A stretch of DNA of 64,000 nucleotides from Auanema rhodensis. Taxonomy: Eukaryota > Animalia > Nematoda. Below are positions 14,068 through 27,793 of the stretch, piece by piece. A program made the position numbers and the translations under genes. Position 1 is the first letter of the stretch; each line of letters begins with the position of its first letter. The DNA lies in NCBI GenBank assembly GCA_964057225.1, contig OZ059896.1, positions 13,826,001 through 13,890,000 on the forward strand, given 5' to 3'. The notes beneath the pieces were generated by a model. That model saw only the letters and a list, made by a program, of their open reading frames with translations, was not told where the DNA came from and did not search any database.

Positions 14068-14249
14068 CGTTTCATATCGTTTCTTCACGTCTTTTCATGG
14101 TCGGAAGATATATGTACTTCTACCTTGTTCCTTAGGTAGGCAGACCCGAACGCCCCCATTTCCTTATTAAGACAAATACTTAAAGAGAAAAGGATTTATT
14201 ATCAGATAACAAGAAAATACATTAAAAAAGAATAAAAAAAGTATTACAT
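14068..14249. mobile_element. 182-bp unique linker at the inversion breakpoint; truncated, diverged relative of the 337-bp element
   Basis: Begins CGTTTCATATCG..TTCACGTC versus CGTTCCGTTATG..CTCACGTC in the element; ~120-135 nt in, ACTTAAAGAGAAAAGGATTTATTAT versus ACTTGAGAAAGAAAGGTTTATTAT at the same offset. Confidence 0.5.
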
Positions 14250-14326
14250 AGTTGGTCAATTTCTTTCTTCTTGAACTATCTTCTTGAAGAACATAGTCAA
14301 GGCGGAGTATTTTGATCTAAATTGTC

Positions 14327-14398
14327 GGTTCCGTGGTGTAGCGGTTAGCACTCAGGACTCTGAATCCTGCGACCCGAGTTCAAATCTCGGCGGAACCT
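14327..14398 (+). tRNA. tRNA-Gln(CTG), first + strand copy (representative unit)
   Basis: 72-nt cloverleaf: acceptor GGTTCCG/CGGAACC, D arm GTGT/GCAC, anticodon stem CAGGA/TCCTG with CT-CTG-AA loop, T stem CCGAG/CTCGG; A box TGGTGTAGCGG, B box GTTCAAATC; no encoded CCA. Confidence 0.97.
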
Positions 14399-14400
14399 AC

Positions 14401-14414
14401 TTTTTCATTTTTTA
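14401..14414 (+). terminator. Pol III terminator T5 followed by a second T run (present in essentially every unit)
   Basis: AC-TTTTT-CA-TTTTT(T) immediately after each tRNA; the second run varies in length and explains 166 vs 167-bp units. Confidence 0.85.
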
Positions 14415-17400
14415 TCAGTTGGTCAATTTGTTTCTTATTGAACTATCTTCTTGAAGAACATAGTCAAGGCGGAGTATTTTGATCTAAATTGTCGGTTCCG
14501 TGGTGTAGCGGTTAGCACTCAGGACTCTGAATCCTGCGACCCGAGTTCAAATCTCGGCGGAACCTACTTTTTCATTTTTATCAGTTGGTCAATTTGTTTC
14601 TTCTTGAACTATCTTCTTGAAGAACATAGTCAACGGGGAGTATTTTGATCTAAATCGTCGGTTCCGTGGTGTAGCGGTTAGCACTCAGGACTCTGAATCC
14701 TGCGACCCGAGTTCAAATCTCGGCGGAACCTACTTTTTCATTTTTATCAGTTGGTCAATTTGTTTCTTCCTGAACTATCTTCTTGAAGAACATAGTCAAG
14801 GCGGAGTCTTTTGATCTAAATCGTCGGTTCCGTGGTGTAGCGGTTAGCACTCAGGACTTTGAATCCTGCGACCCGAGTTCAAATCTCGGCGGAACCTACT
14901 TTTTCATTTTTTATCAGTTGGTCAATTTCTTTCTTCTTGAACTATCTTCTTGAAGAACATAGTCAAGGCGGAGTATTTTGATCTAAATTGTCGGTTCCGT
15001 GGTGTAGCGGTTAGCACTCAGGACTCTGAATCCTGCGACCCGAGTTCAAATCTCGGCGGAACCTACTTTTTCATTTTTATCAGTTGGTCAATTTGTTTCT
15101 TCTTGAACTATCTTCTTGAAGAAAATAGTCAAGGCGGAGTCTTTTGATCGAAATCGTCGGTTCCGTGGTGTAGCGGTTAGCACTCAGGACTTTGAATCCT
15201 GCGACCCGAGTTCAAATCTCGGCGGAACCTACTTTTTCATTTTTATCAGTTGGTCAATTTGTATCTTCTTGAACTATCTTCTTGAAGAACATAGTCAAGG
15301 CGGAGTATTTTGATCTAAATTGTCGGTTCCGTGGTGTAGCGGTTAGCACTCAGGACTTTGAATCCTGCGACCCGAGTTCAAATCTCGGCGGAACCTACTT
15401 TTTCATTTTTTATCAGTTGGTCAATTTGTTTCTTATTGAACTATCTTCTTGAAGAACATAGTCAAGGCGGAGTCTTTTGATCTAAATCGTCGGTTCCGTG
15501 GTGTAGCGGTTAGCACTCAGGACTTTGAATCCTGCGACCCGAGTTCAAATCTCGGCGGAACCTACTTTTTCATTTTTATCAGTTGGTCAATTTGTATCTT
15601 CTTGAACTATCTTCTTGAAGAAAATAGTCAAGGCGGAGTCTTTTGATCGAAATCGTCGGTTCCGTGGTGTAGCGGTTAGCACTCAGGACTTTGAATCCTG
15701 CGACCCGAGTTCAAATCTCGGCGGAACCTACTTTTTCATTTTTTATCAGTTGGTCAATTTGTTTCTTATTGAACTATCTTCTTGAAGAACATAGTCAAGG
15801 CGGAGTATTTTGATCTAAATTGTCGGTTCCGTGGTGTAGCGGTTAGCACTCAGGACTCTGAATCCTGCGACCCGAGTTCAAATCTCGGCGGAACCTACTT
15901 TTTCATTTTTATCAGTTGGTCAATTTGTTTCTTCTTGAACTATCTTCTTGAAGAAAATAGTCAAGGCGGAGTCTTTTGATCGAAATCGTCGGTTCCGTGG
16001 TGTAGCGGTTAGCACTCAGGACTTTGAATCCTGCGACCCGAGTTCAAATCTCGGCGGAACCTACTTTTTCATTTTTATCAGTTGGTCAATTTGTATCTTC
16101 TTGAACTATCTTCTTGAAGAACATAGTCAAGGCGGAGTATTTTGATCTAAATTGTCGGTTCCGTGGTGTAGCGGTTAGCACTCAGGACTTTGAATCCTGC
16201 GACCCGAGTTCAAATCTCGGCGGAACCTACTTTTTCATTTTTTATCAGTTGGTCAATTTGTTTCTTATTGAACTATCTTCTTGAAGAACATAGTCAAGGC
16301 GGAGTATTTTGATCTAAATTGTCGGTTCCGTGGTGTAGCGGTTAGCACTCAGGACTCTGAATCCTGCGACCCGAGTTCAAATCTCGGCGGGACCTACTTT
16401 TTCATTTTTATCAGTTGGTCAATTTGTTTCTTCCTGAACTATCTTCTTGAAGAAAATAGTCAAGGCGGAGTCTTTTGATCGAAATCGTCGGTTCCGTGGT
16501 GTAGCGGTTAGCACTCAGGACTTTGAATCCTGCGACCCGAGTTCAAATCTCGGCGGAACCTACTTTTTCATTTTTTATCAGTTGGTCAATTTGTTTCTTA
16601 TTGAACTATCTTCTTGAAGAACATAGTCAAGGCGGAGTATTTTGATCTAAATTGTCGGTTCCGTGGTGTAGCGGTTAGCACTCAGGACTCTGAATCCTGC
16701 GACCCGAGTTCAAATCTCGGCGGAACCTACTTTTTCATTTTTATCAGTTGGTCAATTTGTTTCTTCTTGAACTATCTTCTTGAAGAACATAGTCAACGGG
16801 GAGTATTTTGATCTAAATCGTCGGTTCCGTGGTGTAGCGGTTAGCACTCAGGACTCTGAATCCTGCGACCCGAGTTCAAATCTCGGCGGGACCTACTTTT
16901 TCATTTTTATCAGTTGGTCAATTTGTTTCTTCCTGAACTATCTTCTTGAAGAACATAGTCAAGGCGGAGTCTTTTGATCTAAATTGTCGGTTCCGTGGTG
17001 TAGCGGTTAGCACTCAGTACTCTGAATCCTGCGACCCGAGTTCAAATCTCGGCGGAACCTACTTTTTCATTTTTATCAGTTGGTCAATTTGTTTCTTCTT
17101 GAACTATCTTCTTGAAGAACATAGTCAAGGCGGAGTTTTTTGATCTAAATCGTCGGTTCCGTGGTGTAGCGGTTAGCACTCAGGACTCTGAATCCTGCGA
17201 CCCGAGTTCAAATCTCGGCGGAACCTACTTTTTCATTTTTTATCAGTTGGTCAATTTGTTTCTTATTGAACTATCTTCTTGAAGAACATAGTCAAGGCGG
17301 AGTCTTTTGATCTAAATCGTCGGTTCCGTGGTGTAGCGGTTAGCACTCAGGACTCTGAATCCTGCGACCCGAGTTCAAATCTCGGCGGAACCTACTTTTT

Positions 17401-20400
17401 CATTTTTATCAGTTGGTCAATTTGTATCTTCTTGAACTATCTTCTTGAAGAAAATAGTCAAGGCGGAGTCTTTTGATCTAAATCGTCGGTTCCGTGGTGT
17501 AGCGGTTAGCACTCAGGACTTTGAATCCTGCGACCCGAGTTCAAATCTCGGCGGAACCTACTTTTTCATTTTTATCAGTTGGTCAATTTGTATCTTCTTG
17601 AACTATCTTCTTGAAGAAAATAGTCAAGGCGGAGTCTTTTGATCGAAATCGTCGGTTCCGTGGTGTAGCGGTTAGCACTCAGGACTTTGAATCCTGCGAC
17701 CCGAGTTCAAATCTCGGCGGAACCTACTTTTTCATTTTTTATCAGTTGGTCAATTTGTTTCTTATTGAACTATCTTCTTGAAGAACATAGTCAAGGCGGA
17801 GTATTTTGATCTAAATTGTCGGTTCCGTGGTGTAGCGGTTAGCACTCAGGACTCTGAATCCTGCGACCCGAGTTCAAATCTCGGCGGAACCTACTTTTTC
17901 ATTTTTATCAGTTGGTCAATTTGTATCTTCTTGAACTATCTTCTTGAAGAAAATAGTCAAGGCGGAGTATTTTGATCTAAATTGTCGGTTCCGTGGTGTA
18001 GCGGTTAGCACTCAGGACTCTGAATCCTGCGACCCGAGTTCAAATCTCGGCGGAACCTACTTTTTCATTTTTATCAGTTGGTCAATTTGTATCTTCTTGA
18101 ACTATCTTCTTGAAGAAAATAGTCAAGGCGGAGTCTTTTGATCTAAATCGTCGGTTCCGTGGTGTAGCGGTTAGCACTCAGGACTTTGAATCCTGCGACC
18201 CGAGTTCAAATCTCGGCGGAACCTACTTTTTCATTTTTATCAGTTGGTCAATTTGTATCTTCTTGAACTATCTTCTTGAAGAAAATAGTCAAGGCGGAGT
18301 CTTTTGATCTAAATCGTCGGTTCCGTGGTGTAGCGGTTAGCACTCAGGACTTTGAATCCTGCGACCCGAGTTCAAATCTCGGCGGAACCTACTTTTTCAT
18401 TTTTATCAGTTGGTCAATTTGTATCTTCTTGAACTATCTTCTTGAAGAAAATAGTCAAGGCGGAGTCTTTTGATCGAAATCGTCGGTTCCGTGGTGTAGC
18501 GGTTAGCACTCAGGACTTTGAATCCTGCGACCCGAGTTCAAATCTCGGCGGGACCTACTTTTTCATTTTTATCAGTTGGTCAATTTGTTTCTTCCTGAAC
18601 TATCTTCTTGAAGAAAATAGTCAAGGCGGAGTCTTTTGATCGAAATCGTCGGTTCCGTGGTGTAGCGGTTAGCACTCAGGACTTTGAATCCTGCGACCCG
18701 AGTTCAAATCTCGGCGGAACCTACTTTTTCATTTTTTATCAGTTGGTCAATTTGTTTCTTCTTGAACTATCTTCTTGAAGAACATAGTCAACGGGGAGTA
18801 TTTTGATCTAAATCGTCGGTTCCGTGGTGTAGCGGTTAGCACTCAGGACTCTGAATCCTGCGACCCGAGTTCAAATCTCGGCGGGACCTACTTTTTCATT
18901 TTTATCAGTTGGTCAATTTGTTTCTTCCTGAACTATCTTCTTGAAGAACATAGTCAAGGCGGAGTCTTTTGATCTAAATTGTCGGTTCCGTGGTGTAGCG
19001 GTTAGCACTCAGTACTCTGAATCCTGCGACCCGAGTTCAAATCTCGGCGGAACCTACTTTTTCATTTTTATCAGTTGGTCAATTTGTTTCTTCTTGAACT
19101 ATCTTCTTGAAGAACATAGTCAAGGCGGAGTTTTTTGATCTAAATCGTCGGTTCCGTGGTGTAGCGGTTAGCACTCAGGACTCTGAATCCTGCGACCCGA
19201 GTTCAAATCTCGGCGGAACCTACTTTTTCATTTTTTATCAGTTGGTCAATTTGTTTCTTATTGAACTATCTTCTTGAAGAACATAGTCAAGGCGGAGTCT
19301 TTTGATCTAAATCGTCGGTTCCGTGGTGTAGCGGTTAGCACTCAGGACTCTGAATCCTGCGACCCGAGTTCAAATCTCGGCGGAACCTACTTTTTCATTT
19401 TTATCAGTTGGTCAATTTGTATCTTCTTGAACTATCTTCTTGAAGAAAATAGTCAAGGCGGAGTCTTTTGATCTAAATCGTCGTTTCCGTGGTGTAGCGG
19501 TTAGCACTCAGGACTTTGAATCCTGCGACCCGAGTTCAAATCTCGGCGGAACCTACTTTTTCATTTTTATCAGTTGGTCAATTTGTATCTTCTTGAACTA
19601 TCTTCTTGAAGAAAATAGTCAAGGCGGAGTCTTTTGATCGAAATCGTCGGTTCCGTGGTGTAGCGGTTAGCACTCAGGACTTTGAATCCTGCGACCCGAG
19701 TTCAAATCTCGGCGGAACCTACTTTTTCATTTTTTATCAGTTGGTCAATTTGTTTCTTATTGAACTATCTTCTTGAAGAACATAGTCAAGGCGGAGTATT
19801 TTGATCTAAATTGTCGGTTCCGTGGTGTAGCGGTTAGCACTCAGGACTCTGAATCCTGCGACCCGAGTTCAAATCTCGGCGGAACCTACTTTTTCATTTT
19901 TATCAGTTGGTCAATTTGTATCTTCTTGAACTATCTTCTTGAAGAAAATAGTCAAGGCGGAGTATTTTGATCTAAATTGTCGGTTCCGTGGTGTAGCGGT
20001 TAGCACTCAGGACTCTGAATCCTGCGACCCGAGTTCAAATCTCGGCGGAACCTACTTTTTCATTTTTATCAGTTGGTCAATTTGTATCTTCTTGAACTAT
20101 CTTCTTGAAGAAAATAGTCAAGGCGGAGTCTTTTGATCTAAATCGTCGGTTCCGTGGTGTAGCGGTTAGCACTCAGGACTTTGAATCCTGCGACCCGAGT
20201 TCAAATCTCGGCGGAACCTACTTTTTCATTTTTATCAGTTGGTCAATTTGTATCTTCTTGAACTATCTTCTTGAAGAAAATAGTCAAGGCGGAGTCTTTT
20301 GATCTAAATCGTCGGTTCCGTGGTGTAGCGGTTAGCACTCAGGACTTTGAATCCTGCGACCCGAGTTCAAATCTCGGCGGAACCTACTTTTTCATTTTTA

Positions 20401-23400
20401 TCAGTTGGTCAATTTGTATCTTCTTGAACTATCTTCTTGAAGAAAATAGTCAAGGCGGAGTCTTTTGATCGAAATCGTCGGTTCCGTGGTGTAGCGGTTA
20501 GCACTCAGGACTTTGAATCCTGCGACCCGAGTTCAAATCTCGGCGGGACCTACTTTTTCATTTTTATCAGTTGGTCAATTTGTTTCTTCCTGAACTATCT
20601 TCTTGAAGAAAATAGTCAAGGCGGAGTCTTTTGATCGAAATCGTCGGTTCCGTGGTGTAGCGGTTAGCACTCAGGACTTTGAATCCTGCGACCCGAGTTC
20701 AAATCTCGGCGGAACCTACTTTTTCATTTTTTATCAGTTGGTCAATTTGTTTCTTATTGAACTATCTTCTTGAAGAACATAGTCAAGGCGGAGTATTTTG
20801 ATCTAAATTGTCGGTTCCGTGGTGTAGCGGTTAGCACTCAGGACTCTGAATCCTGCGACCCGAGTTCAAATCTCGGCGGAACCTACTTTTTCATTTTTAT
20901 CAGTTGGTCAATTTGTTTCTTCTTGAACTATCTTCTTGAAGAACATAGTCAACGGGGAGTATTTTGATCTAAATCGTCGGTTCCGTGGTGTAGCGGTTAG
21001 CACTCAGGACTCTGAATCCTGCGACCCGAGTTCAAATCTCGGCGGGACCTACTTTTTCATTTTTATCAGTTGGTCAATTTGTTTCTTCCTGAACTATCTT
21101 CTTGAAGAACATAGTCAAGGCGGAGTCTTTTGATCTAAATTGTCGGTTCCGTGGTGTAGCGGTTAGCACTCAGTACTCTGAATCCTGCGACCCGAGTTCA
21201 AATCTCGGCGGAACCTACTTTTTCATTTTTATCAGTTGGTCAATTTGTTTCTTCTTGAACTATCTTCTTGAAGAACATAGTCAAGGCGGAGTTTTTTGAT
21301 CTAAATCGTCGGTTCCGTGGTGTAGCGGTTAGCACTCAGGACTCTGAATCCTGCGACCCGAGTTCAAATCTCGGCGGAACCTACTTTTTCATTTTTTATC
21401 AGTTGGTCAATTTGTTTCTTATTGAACTATCTTCTTGAAGAACATAGTCAAGGCGGAGTCTTTTGATCTAAATCGTCGGTTCCGTGGTGTAGCGGTTAGC
21501 ACTCAGTACTCTGAATCCTGCGACCCGAGTTCAAATCTCGGCGGAACCTACTTTTTCATTTTTATCAGTTGGTCAATTTGTATCTTCTTGAACTATCTTC
21601 TTGAAGAAAATAGTCAAGGCGGAGTCTTTTGATCGAAATCGTCGGTTCCGTGGTGTAGCGGTTAGCACTCAGGACTTTGAATCCTGCGACCCGAGTTCAA
21701 ATCTCGGCGGAACCTACTTTTTCATTTTTTATCAGTTGGTCAATTTGTTTCTTATTGAACTATCTTCTTGAAGAACATAGTCAAGGCGGAGTATTTTGAT
21801 CTAAATTGTCGGTTCCGTGGTGTAGCGGTTAGCACTCAGGACTCTGAATCCTGCGACCCGAGTTCAAATCTCGGCGGAACCTACTTTTTCATTTTTATCA
21901 GTTGGTCAATTTGTATCTTCTTGAACTATCTTCTTGAAGAAAATAGTCAAGGCGGAGTATTTTGATCTAAATTGTCGGTTCCGTGGTGTAGCGGTTAGCA
22001 CTCAGGACTCTGAATCCTGCGACCCGAGTTCAAATCTCGGCGGAACCTACTTTTTCATTTTTATCAGTTGGTCAATTTGTATCTTCTTGAACTATCTTCT
22101 TGAAGAAAATAGTCAAGGCGGAGTCTTTTGATCTAAATCGTCGGTTCCGTGGTGTAGCGGTTAGCACTCAGGACTTTGAATCCTGCGACCCGAGTTCAAA
22201 TCTCGGCGGAACCTACTTTTTCATTTTTATCAGTTGGTCAATTTGTATCTTCTTGAACTATCTTCTTGAAGAAAATAGTCAAGGCGGAGTCTTTTGATCT
22301 AAATCGTCGGTTCCGTGGTGTAGCGGTTAGCACTCAGGACTTTGAATCCTGCGACCCGAGTTCAAATCTCGGCGGAACCTACTTTTTCATTTTTATCAGT
22401 TGGTCAATTTGTATCTTCTTGAACTATCTTCTTGAAGAAAATAGTCAAGGCGGAGTCTTTTGATCGAAATCGTCGGTTCCGTGGTGTAGCGGTTAGCACT
22501 CAGGACTTTGAATCCTGCGACCCGAGTTCAAATCTCGGCGGAACCTACTTTTTCATTTTTTATCAGTTGGTCAATTTGTTTCTTATTGAACTATCTTCTT
22601 GAAGAACATAGTCAAGGCGGAGTATTTTGATCTAAATTGTCGGTTCCGTGGTGTAGCGGTTAGCACTCAGGACTCTGAATCCTGCGACCCGAGTTCAAAT
22701 CTCGGCGGAACCTACTTTTTCATTTTTATCAGTTGGTCAATTTGTATCTTCTTGAACTATCTTCTTGAAGAAAATAGTCAAGGCGGAGTCTTTTGATCGA
22801 AATCGTCGGTTCCGTGGTGTAGCGGTTAGCACTCAGGACTTTGAATCCTGCGACCCGAGTTCAAATCTCGGCGTAACCTACTTTTTCATTTTTTATCAGT
22901 TGGTCAATTTGTTTCTTATTGAACTATCTTCTTGAAGAACATAGTCAAGGCGGAGTATTTTGATCTAAATCGTCGGTTCCGTGGTGTAGCGGTTAGCACT
23001 CAGGACTCTGAATCCTGCGACCCGAGTTCAAATCTCGGCGGAACCTACTTTTTCATTTTGATCAACTAGTCGATTTGTTTCTTCTTGAACTATCTTCTTG
23101 AAGAACATAGTCAAGGCGGAGTTTTTTGATCTAAATCGTCGGTTCCGTGGTGTAGCGGTTAGCACTCAGGACTTTGAATCCTGCGACCCGAGTTCAAATC
23201 TCGGCGGAACCTACTTTTTCATTTTTATCAGTTGGTCAATTTGTATCTTCTTGAACTATCTTCTTGAAGAAAATAGTCAAGGCGGAGTCTTTTGATCTAA
23301 ATCGTCGGTTCCGTGGTGTAGCGGTTAGCACTCAGGACTTTGAATCCTGCGACCCGAGTTCAAATCTCGGCGGAACCTACTTTTTCATTTTTATCAGTTG

Positions 23401-26400
23401 GTCAATTTGTATCTTCTTGAACTATCTTCTTGAAGAAAATAGTCAAGGCGGAGTCTTTTGATCTAAATCGTCGGTTCCGTGGTGTAGCGGTTAGCACTCA
23501 GGACTTTGAATCCTGCGACCCGAGTTCAAATCTCGGCGGAACCTACTTTTTCATTTTTATCAGTTGGTCAATTTGTATCTTCTTGAACTATCTTCTTGAA
23601 GAAAATAGTCAAGGCGGAGTCTTTTGATCGAAATCGTCGGTTCCGTGGTGTAGCGGTTAGCACTCAGGACTTTGAATCCTGCGACCCGAGTTCAAATCTC
23701 GGCGGAACCTACTTTTTCATTTTTTATCAGTTGGTCAATTTGTTTCTTATTGAACTATCTTCTTGAAGAACATAGTCAAGGCGGAGTATTTTGATCTAAA
23801 TTGTCGGTTCCGTGGTGTAGCGGTTAGCACTCAGGACTCTGAATCCTGCGACCCGAGTTCAAATCTCGGCGGAACCTACTTTTTCATTTTTATCAGTTGG
23901 TCAATTTGTATCTTCTTGAACTATCTTCTTGAAGAAAATAGTCAAGGCGGAGTCTTTTGATCGAAATCGTCGGTTCCGTGGTGTAGCGGTTAGCACTCAG
24001 GACTTTGAATCCTGCGACCCGAGTTCAAATCTCGGCGTAACCTACTTTTTCATTTTTTATCAGTTGGTCAATTTGTTTCTTATTGAACTATCTTCTTGAA
24101 GAACATAGTCAAGGCGGAGTATTTTGATCTAAATCGTCGGTTCCGTGGTGTAGCGGTTAGCACTCAGGACTCTGAATCCTGCGACCCGAGTTCAAATCTC
24201 GGCGGAACCTACTTTTTCATTTTGATCAACTAGTCGATTTGTTTCTTCTTGAACTATCTTCTTGAAGAACATAGTCAAGGCGGAGTTTTTTGATCTAAAT
24301 CGTCGGTTCCGTGGTGTAGCGGTTAGCACTCAGGACTTTGAATCCTGCGACCCGAGTTCAAATCTCGGCGGAACCTACTTTTTCATTTTTATCAGTTGGT
24401 CAATTTGTATCTTCTTGAACTATCTTCTTGAAGAAAATAGTCAAGGCGGAGTCTTTTGATCTAAATCGTCGGTTCCGTGGTGTAGCGGTTAGCACTCAGG
24501 ACTTTGAATCCTGCGACCCGAGTTCAAATCTCGGCGGAACCTACTTTTTCATTTTGATCAGTTGGTCAATTTGTTTCTTCTTGAACTATCTTCTTGAAGA
24601 ACATAAACAAGGCGGAGTCTTTTGATCTAAGTCGTCGGTTCCGTGGTGTAGCGGTTAGCACTCAGGACTCTGAATCCTGCGACCCGAGTTCAAATCTCGG
24701 CGGAACCTACTTTTTCATTTTTATCAGTTGGTCAATTTGTTTCTTCTTGAACTATCTTCTTGAAGAAAATAGTCAAGGCGGAGTCTTTTGATCTAAATCG
24801 TCGGTTCCGTGGTGTAGCGGTTAGCACTCAGGACTCTGAATCCTGCGACCCGAGTTCAAATCTCGGCGGAACCTACTTTTTCATTTTAATCAGTTGGTCA
24901 ATTTGTATCTTCTTGAACTATCTTCTTGAAGAAAATAGTCAAGGCGGAGTCTTTTGATCTAAATCGTCGGTTCCGTGGTGTAGCGGTTAGCACTCAGGAC
25001 TCTGAATCCTGCGACCCGAGTTCAAATCTCGGCGGAACCTACTTTTTCATTTTTATCAGTTGGTCAATTTGTTTCTTATTGAACTATCTTCTTGAAGAAC
25101 ATAGTCAAGGCGGAGTATTTTGATCTAAATTGTCGGTTCCGTGGTGTAGCGGTTAGCACTCAGGACTTTGAATCCTGCGACCCGAGTTCAAATCTCGGCG
25201 GAACCTACTTTTTCATTTTTTATCAGTTGGTCAATTTGTTTCTTATTGAACTATCTTCTTGAAGAACATAGTCAAGGCGGAGTCTTTTGATCTAAATCGT
25301 CGGTTCCGTGGTGTAGCGGTTAGCACTCAGGACTTTGAATCCTGCGACCCGAGTTCAAATCTCGGCGGAACCTACTTTTTCATTTTGATCAACTAGTCAA
25401 TTTGTTTCTTCTTGAACTATCTTCTTGAAGAACATAAACAAGGCGGAGTCTTTTGATCTAAATCGTCGGTTCCGTGGTGTAGCGGTTAGCACTCAGGACT
25501 CTGAATCCTGCGACCCGAGTTCAAATCTCGGCGGAACCTACTTTTTCATTTTAATCAGTTGGTCAATTTGTATCTTCTTGAACTATCTTCTTGAAGAAAA
25601 TAGTCAAGGCGGAGTCTTTTGATCTAAATCGTCGGTTCCGTGGTGTAGCGGTTAGCACTCAGGACTTTGAATCCTGCGACCCGAGTTCAAATCTCGGCGG
25701 AACCTACTTTTTCATTTCTATCAGTTGGTCAATTTGTTTCTTCTTGAACTATCTTCTTGAAGAACATAGTCAAGGGGGAGTTTTTTGATCTAAATCGTCG
25801 GTTCCGTGGTGTAGCGGTTAGCACTCAGGACTTTGAATCCTGCGACCCGAGTTCAAATCTCGGCGGAACCTACTTTTTCATTTTTATCAGTTGGTCAATT
25901 TGTATCTTCTTGAACTATCTTCTTGAAGAAAATAGTCAAGGCGGAGTCTTTTGATCTAAATCGTCGGTTCCGTGGTGTAGCGGTTAGCACTCAGGACTTT
26001 GAATCCTGCGACCCGAGTTCAAATCTCGGCGGAACCTACTTTTTCATTTTTATCAGTTGGTCAATTTGTTTCTTCTTGAACTATCTTCTTGAAGAACATA
26101 GTCAAGGCGGAGTTTTTTGATCTAAATCGTCGGTTCCGTGGTGTAGCGGTTAGCACTCAGGACTCTGAATCCTGCGACCCGAGTTCAAATCTCGGCGGAA
26201 CCTACTTTTTCATTTTTTATCAGTTGGTCAATTTGTTTCTTCTTGAACTATCTTCTTGAAGAAAATAGTCAAGGCGGAGTCTTTTGATCTAAATCGTCGG
26301 TTCCGTGGTGTAGCGGTTAGCACTCAGGACTCTGAATCCTGCGACCCGAGTTCAAATCTCGGCGGAACCTACTTTTTCATTTTTATCAACTAGTCAATTT

Positions 26401-27396
26401 GTTTCTTCTTGAACTATCTTCTTGAAGAACATAGTCAAGGCGGAGTTTTTTGATCTAAATCGTCGGTTCCGTGGTGTAGCGGTTAGCACTCAGGACTTTG
26501 AATCCTGCGACCCGAGTTCAAATCTCGGCGGAACCTACTTTTTCATTTTTATCAGTTGGTCAATTTGTATCTTCTTGAACTATCTTCTTGAAGAAAATAG
26601 TCAAGGCGGAGTCTTTTGATCTAAATCGTCGGTTCCGTGGTGTAGCGGTTAGCACTCAGGACTCTGAATCCTGCGACCCGAGTTCAAATCTCGGCGGAAC
26701 CTACTTTTTCATTTTTATCAACTAGTCAATTTGTTTCTTCTTGAACTATCTTCTTGAAGAACATAGTCAAGGCGGAGTTTTTTGATCTAAATCGTCGGTT
26801 CCGTGGTGTAGCGGTTAGCACTCAGGACTTTGAATCCTGCGACCCGAGTTCAAATCTCGGCGGAACCTACTTTTTCATTTTTATCAGTTGGTCAATTTGT
26901 ATCTTCTTGAACTATCTTCTTGAAGAAAATAGTCAAGGCGGAGTCTTTTGATCTAAATCGTCGGTTCCGTGGTGTAGCGGTTAGCACTCAGGACTTTGAA
27001 TCCTGCGACCCGAGTTCAAATCTCGGCGGAACCTACTTTTTCATTTTGATCAGTTGGTCAATTTGTTTCTTCTTGAACTATCTTCTTGAAGAACATAAAC
27101 AAGGCGGAGTCTTTTGATCTAAGTCGTCGGTTCCGTGGTGTAGCGGTTAGCACTCAGGACTCTGAATCCTGCGACCCGAGTTCAAATCTCGGCGGAACCT
27201 ACTTTTTCATTTTTATCAGTTGGTCAATTTGTTTCTTCTTGAACTATCTTCTTGAAGAAAATAGTCAAGGCGGAGTCTTTTGATCTAAATCGTCGGTTCC
27301 GTGGTGTAGCGGTTAGCACTCAGGACTCTGAATCCTGCGACCCGAGTTCAAATCTCGGCGGAACCTACTTTTTCATTTTTATCAGTTGGTCAATTT

Positions 27397-27640
27397 TGTG
27401 GCGTTATACCGCAAGTGTATAGTATGGTTGGAAATAAAACACAAAGCGAATATGTAGAAAAGGGTTTATTGATGAATTAACAAGACAAGCACGGAATAGA
27501 ATCACTGACTGCGAACGTTAAAAAATGTAAGACTGATCTCTTCTCGTGGGCGGTCGTCAGCCTGAAACAAAGAGTTAGTCATGCCACATGTATAACACAA
27601 CATGTGGTATGGATAAAAATTACTTAGGAAGTTAGAAGAA

Positions 27641-27699
<59 letters not shown>

Positions 27700-27763
27700 A
27701 GAAACAAATAAAACAATTGTTGAAGATAAAAAAATTATACAAACTCACTCGCTTATCGCGACA
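27397..27763 (-). repeat. 3' LTR of copy 1 (367 bp, contains (GA)n tract)
   Basis: Direct repeat of 36812-37180; apparently differs only by 2 bp in the (GA)n tract. Confidence 0.96.
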
Positions 27764-27793
27764 CTCCCGGCAATGCGGGAATGAGAAGAAGGC

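Larger units (their letters stand above)
14250..27396 (+). tRNA. tRNA-Gln tandem array block 1: ~79 genes (14327 to 27366), mixed CTG/TTG
   Basis: 166/167-bp unit; 12968 bp between first and last gene starts = 78 intervals. Confidence 0.96.

Noticed and set aside
23060-23072. Spacer allele CAACTAG versus CAGTTGG as a micro-inversion (AGTT/AACT)
   Set aside because: Equally explained by three transitions, and inversion would still need an extra substitution.
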